Of a stretch of DNA of 64,000 bases, positions 29,712 through 36,493 are shown piece after piece. Each line of letters begins with the position of its first letter. Position 1 is the stretch's first letter. The notes under the pieces were generated by a model. It ran no database searches. It was given only the letters and a program-made list of their open reading frames with translations, and was not told the DNA's origin. The position numbers and the translations under genes were made by a program. Where the stretch lies: the IMG/VR virus record IMGVR_UViG_3300042923_000241, positions 1 through 64,000 of that record. One strand, 5' to 3'. Source of the DNA: a virus.

Positions 29712-30359
29712 CCATGCCGAAATGCTAAAGTTCACAGACGTTTTGCCGAGCGGAAGTAAGGGAGAAAATCGGTAATAAGCGCATTGAGGAAGAACTGGCA
29801 ACTTTCGCCCTCTGTCCAATCAAGCTGATGCTTATGTTTTGGGCAGAGTAGGAGATGCAGGACTGTCACCCTGCCAATGCGCTAAAAACACTACTGCAAA
29901 AGCAGTCCTAACAATACCGTTCCATACGGTTCTAAGATTGGCACAAAGGGCGTTATGCTGATTGGAGCAGGGTTCCGATTACCGGGACGACAGCATAGCA
30001 AGCGCAGGTAGGGTGGGTACTGCGCTAAAAAAGAGCCGTTAAATCGGTAAACAACTAGAAAGCAACTGGCGGAGTGTACACCTTCAACAAATGCAATTGC
30101 TACTGTTGAATGCCGTTAGTTGCGCTGAACAAAATTTGGTTCGGATTTTTACATAGGGGAGTGTTAGCACTTCGCTTTTGGTTTTTGCCGAACCGATTAC
30201 ATCTGGCATTGCCAGCCGGTTAGTCGGAAACCGAGACTGAATTTCGACAATTGGAATTGGAATGTAGTCGGAGTCATGACCGACGAGGGCTTGCCGGAAG
30301 GCATAGCAAGCGGGATGCGTGGATGGGGCTACCCTGCACTTTATATTCGCCATTTACTC
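29684..30359 (+). ncRNA. Candidate large structured non-coding RNA (~680 nt), family unassigned
   Basis: Ends pair (GAGTGTTGGCGAAT / ATTCGCCATTTACTC); dense internal stems; no credible ORF; terminator-like hairpin follows. Confidence 0.65.
29779..29883 (+). ncRNA. tRNA-Gly-like cloverleaf with extended anticodon arm
   Basis: GCGCATTG/CAATGCGC acceptor, D loop AACTGGCAA, GCAGG/CCTGC T stem, TCC triplet; T loop degenerate and no CCA. Confidence 0.5.
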
Positions 30360-30384
30360 ACAGTTTGTGGCTTGCAAAGGTTTT

Positions 30385-30420
30385 GGCTGTTGTACCCCTA
30401 AACAATGGCCTTTTAATTTT
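30385..30420 (+). terminator. Terminator-like hairpin after the ncRNA candidate
   Basis: GGCTGTTGT...ACAATGGCC followed by TTTTAATTTT. Confidence 0.5.
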
Positions 30421-30687
30421 GTTTTTGAGGTGAGCTTTTTGAAATTGGTTGAGTTTAGGACTAAATGTCGTTGCGGATGTGACGAAACACATTTTTGTTT
30501 TAAGATTTTAGGGTGTGGATTTGGTACTTTACTGACTGCGGGGAATGGTGGATTAAGCTGTATTGGTTTAACAACTGTTTGTCGTATTCGCCGTGTCAAG
30601 GCTTTATGATAAACGGTAAAGAAATATAAGTGACTAGCAATTTTAAGGGGTATTCAATGATGTTTTTGACAAAAGAAAAAGACCGCC

Positions 30688-30876
30688 TTATTTGACGGTC
30701 TGGTTGAGTTGTTCTTTGAAGAAGTTCGCCATGTGCCTTGCAACCTGAGTGGCAAATTCTTCATCTTGCAAAGGTGTTTTTCTGCCAACGTGATCTAGGA
30801 TGTTAATGAGCAGTTTATAATCTTCATCGCCAAGTACAATGACTTTTGAGTTGTTATATGCTGTTACTACTTGCAA
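30688..30876 (-). CDS. Small hypothetical protein (leftward island)
   Basis: AAGGAG RBS. Confidence 0.6.
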   Translation of the reverse strand: MQVVTAYNNSKVIVLGDEDYKLLINILDHVGRKTPLQDEEFATQVARHMANFFKEQLNQTVK

Positions 30877-30900
30877 TTTTTAAGACTCCTTCCATGAAGA

Positions 30901-31050
30901 TTATTCGCTTGCCTGTTCTGCCTTGGACTGGACGGTTTGCATTAGACTCCATATAACATATGCTTCTTCGTCTGACAAGTCATTTGTTTCCTCGTCGTGA
31001 TAAAGTTCTAGGAGTTCAGCCAAGTCTTCGAGTTGGTATTTTTTCATCAT
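30901..31050 (-). CDS. Small acidic protein (49 aa; not in ORF track)
   Basis: GGAGG RBS; MMKKYQLEDLAELLELYHDEETNDLSDEEAYV... Confidence 0.65.
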   Translation of the reverse strand: MMKKYQLEDLAELLELYHDEETNDLSDEEAYVIWSLMQTVQSKAEQASE

Positions 31051-31387
31051 AATTCCTCCAATCTGATTTTCTCCAGAGCTTACAGACTACCCTTCCATGT
31101 GATTTTCGCCAGTTCTTGCTAGGCTCCTGCCATGAAGATTTTACCATTGACCTGTAGAAAAATATCTCTTCCATGCCATGCGTTTTCTGTCTGCTCTTTG
31201 TTTGCGGTCAAGATAGGCTGCTAGGGTGGATAGAATTTTCATGGGGATACCTCCTGTTCTTCAGTAACTCCATCACAAAGTCTGCCTTGGTGGTTTTCGC
31301 AATTCGTTTTGGTGATTAATCCGCAATAACAGGTTTTACCGAGATAGCAAGACTTACATGGGCAGAGCAAACATTCTTCTTTTGTTT

Positions 31388-31582
31388 TCATGGTGTTACC
31401 TCCAATTCTTTTTTGTAAAAATACATAATATCGTTTGTGTATATCCTTGGGATGTTGGTGGGGAAAACGTCATGCAAAACGCCGTACTGATACCACGGGT
31501 TAGATTGCGTTCCATATGGGCCTTCTATGGCAACGATTGTTCCTGCGCCAAACTTTGTTATAACTCTTTGTTTTAGTTTCAT
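31388..31582 (-). CDS. Small hypothetical protein
   Basis: GGAGG RBS, ATGA overlap. Confidence 0.65.
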   Translation of the reverse strand: MKLKQRVITKFGAGTIVAIEGPYGTQSNPWYQYGVLHDVFPTNIPRIYTNDIMYFYKKELEVTP

Positions 31583-31788
31583 GGTGTTACCTCCTGATGT
31601 CCAATTAGCCTAAAATTATTTATGCGTGCATCGTGACTATAATTGACGAAACCACCACGGACAAAATATTGCCAATATCTTACCTGCATTGTTTCGCCGT
31701 CATCGTTAAGCTTTACCACTAATGCCTTGTCTGTTGGCTTGTCTCCCCATTTACTCATAACAATGTCGCCACGCTTAAACATTTTCAC
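31579..31788 (-). CDS. Small hypothetical protein
   Basis: ATGA overlap with the next gene. Confidence 0.6.
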   Translation of the reverse strand: MKMFKRGDIVMSKWGDKPTDKALVVKLNDDGETMQVRYWQYFVRGGFVNYSHDARINNFRLIGHQEVTP

Positions 31789-31810
31789 CGCCCCTTTTGA
31801 TTTGTACTCC

Positions 31811-31867
31811 TTGAAATGTGCCAGAAAGTAACTGTTCTGACACGCTTCAAGCGGTACAAAGACCGCT
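31811..31867 (-). repeat. Island RNA hairpin motif, copy 1
   Basis: Minus strand AGCGGTCTTTGTACCGC-TTGAAGCGTGTCAGAA...TTCTGGCACATTTCAA. Confidence 0.7.
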
Positions 31868-31882
31868 TTTATTTACAGCGTC

Positions 31883-32092
31883 CTAGAAAACCAATTCTTT
31901 GTTGCCGATACTCTTTTGGTAGCGATACCAATTAACCATCATTGTTAAATCGCCAGGACTTATTTCTTCTTCGTAATCAACTAATCCGGACTTAGCGTTA
32001 AATGTAGTGAGTAATATTTTGCCGTCATATTGTTGCTGGGTTAATTGCATTGTTCTGCCGTTGTTAATTTCGGTTTCAATTTTGTTTATCAT
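31883..32092 (-). CDS. Small hypothetical protein
   Basis: GGAGG RBS before MINKIETE. Confidence 0.65.
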   Translation of the reverse strand: MINKIETEINNGRTMQLTQQQYDGKILLTTFNAKSGLVDYEEEISPGDLTMMVNWYRYQKSIGNKELVF

Positions 32093-32253
32093 TTTAATTC
32101 CTCCACCTTTACGCATTTAACCATTCGATCTTCAACACAGCCGAGATTAAACCATTTGCCTAGGTAGTATTCTACTGCATCCTGATAGGATAGGTTGATG
32201 CCAGTTACAAAGGAATCGCCGTCTGAGAAATGGACTTTTGCTGTGGTTTGCAT
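32089..32253 (-). CDS. Small hypothetical protein (not in ORF track)
   Basis: GGAGG RBS; MQTTAKVHFSDGDSFVTGIN...YYLGKWFNLG. Confidence 0.65.
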   Translation of the reverse strand: MQTTAKVHFSDGDSFVTGINLSYQDAVEYYLGKWFNLGCVEDRMVKCVKVEELK

Positions 32254-32271
32254 TTTCATTCCTCCTTTTGA

Positions 32272-32529
32272 TTATGCGTAAAACGAGACTGTTTCGCCGG
32301 TTACTGAGTCGTGATGGGTTATAATTGTGTAACCGTATTTGTTTAGGCCTTGCACATGAGATTCAATTCTCGCCTTTACATATTCTTGTCCGCGCCCAGA
32401 GTGGCGTTGATGTTTTGTGTATTTTTGCAAAAATTCTTCGATGCTTCTAACATCGTTAACCTGATATTGTCTAAACTTATCTTTCATATCGGTTCGTGCT
32501 ACTTGCATTTTACAAATTCCTCCCAACAA
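32272..32529 (-). CDS. Small hypothetical protein
   Basis: In operon; true start probably at MQVART after the GGAGG RBS. Confidence 0.6.
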   Translation of the reverse strand: MLGGICKMQVARTDMKDKFRQYQVNDVRSIEEFLQKYTKHQRHSGRGQEYVKARIESHVQGLNKYGYTIITHHDSVTGETVSFYA

Positions 32530-32722
32530 TATTTTGATGGCCTTCCATGCATGATTTACAAGTACATTTCATTCCGTTTTGACGTTTTGCTATTCCACGA
32601 TTAAATGATTCTTGCGCTGCTTGATAACTAATTCTGTTTTCAATATATAACCTTGTCATCGTTTTTGTGTCGTTGTGATAACCTGCATACTCAATACTGG
32701 CTAGTGCTGTTTTTCGATTCAT
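32510..32722 (-). CDS. Small hypothetical protein
   Basis: In operon; CTCKSC. Confidence 0.6.
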   Translation of the reverse strand: MNRKTALASIEYAGYHNDTKTMTRLYIENRISYQAAQESFNRGIAKRQNGMKCTCKSCMEGHQNIVGRNL

Positions 32723-32750
32723 TTCATTACCTACCTTTCATTTTTACCAT

Positions 32751-32810
32751 TTGTCAAGTGCCTACAAAAAACGTCTGTCTGTAGACCTTTGACAAGAGGT
32801 AAAAACCTCT
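32751..32810 (-). repeat. Island RNA hairpin motif, copy 2
   Basis: Minus strand AGAGGTTTTTACCTC-TTGTCAAAGGTCTACA...TGTAGGCACTTGACAA. Confidence 0.7.
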
Positions 32811-32815
32811 TGAAA

Positions 32816-33049
32816 CTAACGCCGTTTATTAATGAGACAAGATTGGTGACCAAAATAACTGTTGCAATTGTGTTGAGTCCAACCGCCGAGCGTTTGGCCG
32901 TTATGCTCATAATTAAAACTTTCTTCCTCATATTGTGAGTAAACTTCCGAAACCGGCTTTCCACAAACCTCACAGTTACCATATTTGCTGGACGATGCGC
33001 TTTGATTTATTAATCTGTAGCGGTACATTTTTATACCCCCAGTTATCAT
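32816..33049 (-). CDS. Small zinc-binding protein
   Basis: YGNCEVCGK...FGHQSCL. Confidence 0.65.
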   Translation of the reverse strand: MITGGIKMYRYRLINQSASSSKYGNCEVCGKPVSEVYSQYEEESFNYEHNGQTLGGWTQHNCNSYFGHQSCLINKRR

Positions 33050-33104
33050 TTATTTCATTTTATGCTACTTTGGGACACGTTGCAAGGTAAAAAATATTTG
33101 CTTG

Positions 33105-33878
33105 TCAGATAGTCAATGATTTCAGCTTTTCAATTACAGATTTTGCAGCGTATCTGCCGTTGCCGTTTAACATTCTGACCCATGCCATACGGCTAGGCGA
33201 CCATTTGAAACCCCATGATTTCAGCAGTGATCTGATTTCGTCAGACGGTTTGCCGTCAAAGATAAACTGACAGCGATTGTCTTCCTCTTGATAGGTAAAG
33301 CCTTCATGCTTGACGGAAACTGGTTGACGTTCAACTTTTGCTTGCAGTTCTTCCATGCGTTTTTTCGTTGCTCTGATAGTTGCGCCGTTGTTGGTGATTG
33401 TGTAACTTGCATAACCATATTGGCAACAATGGCTAGGTTTTTTCAATTCGGCAATTTGCGAATCAGTATAGCCGAGAGTGCGTAGCCCGTCAATGTCATT
33501 CTTTTTAAGCAGTTTATTCGCTTGTTTCATGCGCTCCTGTAGTGCTTCTAACTTTTCAAGTTTCGCTTGCAGTTTACTGATTGCGTCCTCATCGTCAGAG
33601 GATATGCCACCTTTGCCGACAGAAGCGGCTTTGTCTTCATAATGCTTGGCTTTATCGGAAGCTTCAAATGCCTTGCCGAACGTGTTGTGTATTTTGTTTC
33701 TAAAATTTCTGTCTCTGCTTTCGGAGTGATGACCCACTAAGATTGGTTGACCGAAAGGAATACATTCTGCCATTTTGTGTGCTTTTTGATAGAGTTGATT
33801 GGAGTCCTTGTTGGCTGATTCTGCTCTGCCTAAATACCTTTGGCGACGATCTTCTAGTTTTTGCTCGTATGCGTTCAT
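33105..33878 (-). CDS. DUF3560-domain protein
   Basis: IPFGQPILVGHHSE.RDR; ISSDD.DA; GFKWSPS..AW.R. Confidence 0.85.
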   Translation of the reverse strand: MNAYEQKLEDRRQRYLGRAESANKDSNQLYQKAHKMAECIPFGQPILVGHHSESRDRNFRNKIHNTFGKAFEASDKAKHYEDKAASVGKGGISSDDEDAISKLQAKLEKLEALQERMKQANKLLKKNDIDGLRTLGYTDSQIAELKKPSHCCQYGYASYTITNNGATIRATKKRMEELQAKVERQPVSVKHEGFTYQEEDNRCQFIFDGKPSDEIRSLLKSWGFKWSPSRMAWVRMLNGNGRYAAKSVIEKLKSLTI

Positions 33879-33941
33879 TTGTTTTTCCTCCTTACATTCT
33901 ATGCTTCTTTCAGTAACCTTTTGGAGTAATTTTTTTGCCTC

Positions 33942-33997
33942 CTACTAAATGCCTATACAACTTCAATATAGACACTTAGCAAGCGGCAAAAACCGCT
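33942..33997 (-). repeat. Island RNA hairpin motif, copy 3
   Basis: Minus strand AGCGGTTTTTGCCGC-TTGCTAAGTGTCTATA...TATAGGCATTTAGTAG. Confidence 0.7.
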
Positions 33998-34001
33998 GCT
34001 T

Positions 34002-34379
34002 TTAAGCTGCTTTTCTGTATGTGTCGAGATAAAATTCTAAGTCTGCCGGAGATATGTCGTTATTAATTGCCTTGTCAATAACTACAGTGTAAGGCGTGCG
34101 TTTGTCGTTTATCGGCAGATAGTCCTGCATAATTAGCTTAGATTCATCATCGGCTAACCAATTGAGAGAAACGCCGAGTATTTTCGCTAACTTAATAAGT
34201 GTTTCTAAACTGGGTTTCTTTCTGTCTGTTTCGAGGTGGTTCACGAATGAACGACTAAGCCTGAGTGCCTTGCCGAGTTCTTCCTGTGTAAGGTCTAGTT
34301 GCTTTCTAGCAAGATGGATTCTTTCGCCGAGTGACATATAGTCGATTGATGTGTTAATTCCTCTTTGACATAGCTTCAT
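34002..34379 (-). CDS. XRE repressor paralog of 3336..3731
   Basis: TQEELGK..LSRSFVNHLETDRKKPSLETLIKLA; shared RTPY.V.ID.AI tail. Confidence 0.88.
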   Translation of the reverse strand: MKLCQRGINTSIDYMSLGERIHLARKQLDLTQEELGKALRLSRSFVNHLETDRKKPSLETLIKLAKILGVSLNWLADDESKLIMQDYLPINDKRTPYTVVIDKAINNDISPADLEFYLDTYRKAA

Positions 34380-34544
34380 TGTTCAATACCTCCATTGATA
34401 TATTTTAATTTGTCATATTGTTATTTAAGGTGTGTTTTGTGTCAACTAGCAAAAACCTGCTTTTCCTACGCGAGTAGTATTCAGTCCTGGAATCTGCTAG
34501 TGGACACGTTGCGGCTTTGCAGTTAGTCGCCAACTATAAGGGTT

Positions 34545-34597
34545 CCTGCTATCGCCTTTACTCGCGGACTTTAGACCGCCGTTGGTAGGGTTACAGG
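34545..34597 (-). ncRNA. Twister ribozyme, type P1
   Basis: CCTG-TAA-CCCT-AC-CAACG-GCGG-T-CTA-AA-GT-CCGC-GAGTAA-AGGC-GA-TAG-CAGG; P1, P2, P4 and both pseudoknots (CTA/TAG, AC/GT) pair. Confidence 0.8.
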
Positions 34598-34656
34598 GAG
34601 CCGAGTTAATCGGCTTGATGCCAGAGAGATACAGGCGGTTAGCCATGTACTCTGCG

Positions 34657-34887
34657 TTAGTAAATCGAGTTTATCAACTCTTGTATGTGGCTATTGTATT
34701 CTTTACTCTTTTGCTCTACAAAAGCATCTTCTAAGCTGTCATCGTTCCACAGTGCAGAGTCCATTTTCTGTAGTTCTGCGATTTCTGTTTTTACTTTTTG
34801 CTCAGTCTTTTTATCTACACTAATTTTTGCTCTGTTTGCTAATTGACGTTGCCAGTGTATCCTCATAAATGTTTCGCCAGTTGCCAT
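34657..34887 (-). CDS. 76-aa hypothetical protein bracketed by twister ribozymes
   Basis: AAAGGAG RBS before the ATG at 34887 (MATGETFMRIHW...). Confidence 0.75.
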   Translation of the reverse strand: MATGETFMRIHWQRQLANRAKISVDKKTEQKVKTEIAELQKMDSALWNDDSLEDAFVEQKSKEYNSHIQELINSIY

Positions 34888-34904
34888 AGACTTAACTCCT
34901 TTCG

Positions 34905-34958
34905 GCAGGACTTGTGACCTGCTCCTGTGCATTACCGGCCCGAAGGCCGTCACTCTGC
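34905..34958 (-). ncRNA. Twister ribozyme, circularly permuted (P5-type order)
   Basis: GCA-GA-GTG-A-CGGCC-TTCG-GGCCG-G-TAA-TGC-AC-AGGA-GCAGG-T-CAC-AA-GT-CCTGC; pseudoknots CAC/GTG and AC/GT pair; no clear P5 stem. Confidence 0.75.
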
Positions 34959-35165
34959 GATTAGCTCAAAGTGTGGAATGTCATAGTCTGAATAGCAAAA
35001 CTGCTGAATTTTACCTATTTCCATTGCGGCCTTTAACTCAGGGTCTTCATTAGCCAGAGCTTTAAGCCACTTGCTAATAGTAACCGCCATCGGATCAAAT
35101 GCTGAGTTTCTGCATCTCTGGAAAACAATATTGTTTATGTTATTAACTTTTTCTTGCAATGTCAT
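34950..35165 (-). CDS. First gene of the leftward island, hypothetical
   Basis: GGAGG/AAGGA RBS directly after the promoter. Confidence 0.7.
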   Translation of the reverse strand: MTLQEKVNNINNIVFQRCRNSAFDPMAVTISKWLKALANEDPELKAAMEIGKIQQFCYSDYDIPHFELIAE

Positions 35166-35211
35166 CCTTACCGCCTCCGTTTGCTTCTTTCGTTCTCTTT
35201 ATCTTGATATA

Positions 35212-35240
35212 AGTATAGCATAAGTGCTAGCACAATGCAA
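35212..35240 (-). promoter_or_regulatory. Strong sigma-A promoter with palindromic operator
   Basis: TTGCAT-N17-TATACT with extended TG; GTGCTAGCAC palindrome at 35224-35233 in the spacer. Confidence 0.75.
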
Positions 35241-35274
35241 GCATAATTTAAGATAAAAAAATAGGAACTTTATC

Positions 35275-35454
35275 CTATTTCAATAAATTTTCAATCTCAG
35301 AAATGTATTTTTCTATAGCTGCCTTGGCGAAACTATTCTCACTGTAGTTAGCACCTGGACGGGACTTATTCAGTAGATCAGTCGCCTTCTGGATTCGATC
35401 TTTAATGTCTGAGTCTGCCGGGAATCTGGCATATATGACTGTGTACTTTGCCAT
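35275..35454 (-). CDS. Probable ribbon-helix-helix regulator (59 aa; not in ORF track)
   Basis: GAGGTG RBS; MAKYTVIYARFP...IKDRIQKA...SENSFAKAAIEKYISEIE. Confidence 0.6.
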   Translation of the reverse strand: MAKYTVIYARFPADSDIKDRIQKATDLLNKSRPGANYSENSFAKAAIEKYISEIENLLK

Positions 35455-36298
35455 GCTGTCACCTCATACAGATTAGAGTATTAGCTCAATGATAGCACTT
35501 TGTTAGCATGTTGGCAAGAGGTTGCTAGTAATGGTATTTTGGTGGCTGGCAGCATATAAGAATAGAGAGGGAGATAAGGCAATATGATTGATCGTAACAA
35601 ATATCCTATATTGGGTTATGCGCCTGGGGATTATTTCTGTATATGCTGTATCTGTAACCAACAGTTTATAGGCGATAAGAGAGCAGTACACTGTGAGCCT
35701 TGTGCTGTTAAGGGGCAACAGAGACTGATAGAGAATAGTATGGGGGCAGGGATATAATGATCGACCACATAACGAATAACATAATGAATAACATTACAAC
35801 AATAAATGATGGGTTTAATAAATACCCACTACTATACGCATTGATTATTTTGCTCTTTATTTCTCCAATCATTGGAGATGACGACTTCGATTAAATTGTT
35901 TGCGGATTAGACACAATTTAGATGTGGTTGAGAAATGTTAAAACGGATAGTTTAAATGAGTGTTTAAAAACAAATGCTATTCATCGCGTTTCCTACCATG
36001 TGTATTGTCAAGTAAAACTACTTGACACCTATATATTTTATATTGTCAAGTAAAAGCGGTTTACGGACACAGCCTAGCATCAAACTAAAGTGGCATATCG
36101 CACACTTGACGCTCGGTTAATCAGATCAAAGTCACACTAAGCAGCAGTATTTGTAGTGTCAGCCGTGGACATTGCCTGATTTTACTTGTTATTGTTAACA
36201 CATAATCATAGTAAACCCTGCAAGCCTTGATATTGCTGGATTCGTCTGTTTACACAATCAATATTATCGGACGCAAACAGTTGTTCTGATTAATGCAA

Positions 36299-36385
36299 TG
36301 CCAGCCGGGGCGGTGAGATTCGCCATTCCAAACGCCGGTACTTTGCTGGCAGCGGGGCGGGTATTGCGCTGGCGTGATATGCGTG
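36299..36385. other. Possible packaging (cos-like) site
   Basis: GC-rich island with a CGGGGCGG direct repeat in long AT-rich non-coding DNA just before the first late gene. Confidence 0.35.
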
Positions 36386-36493
36386 TTAAAAATCCGTTAT
36401 AAATAAAACTCAATAGAAAATTCAACCAATCCATATAAAACGTGGGTTGGTTTTCTTTTTGCCCATATGTTAAACAACAGAGAGGTGAACCCA

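Noticed and set aside
29684-30359. Assignment to GOLLD, ROOL, RNase P, tmRNA, group II or an intact group I intron
   Set aside because: Diagnostic cores are not recognisable or are incomplete by eye; needs a covariance-model search
30084-30433. ORFs overlapping the structured RNA region
   Set aside because: No RBS or protein-like motifs; better explained as RNA structure
34461-34484. Hammerhead ribozyme (CTGAATA-CTAC-TCGC-GTAG-GAAA, minus strand)
   Set aside because: G8 is missing so C3-G8 cannot pair, and stems I and III cannot be formed
34888-34953. GTG-started N-terminal extension of the 34657 ORF
   Set aside because: This segment is the twister; the RBS supports the ATG at 34887
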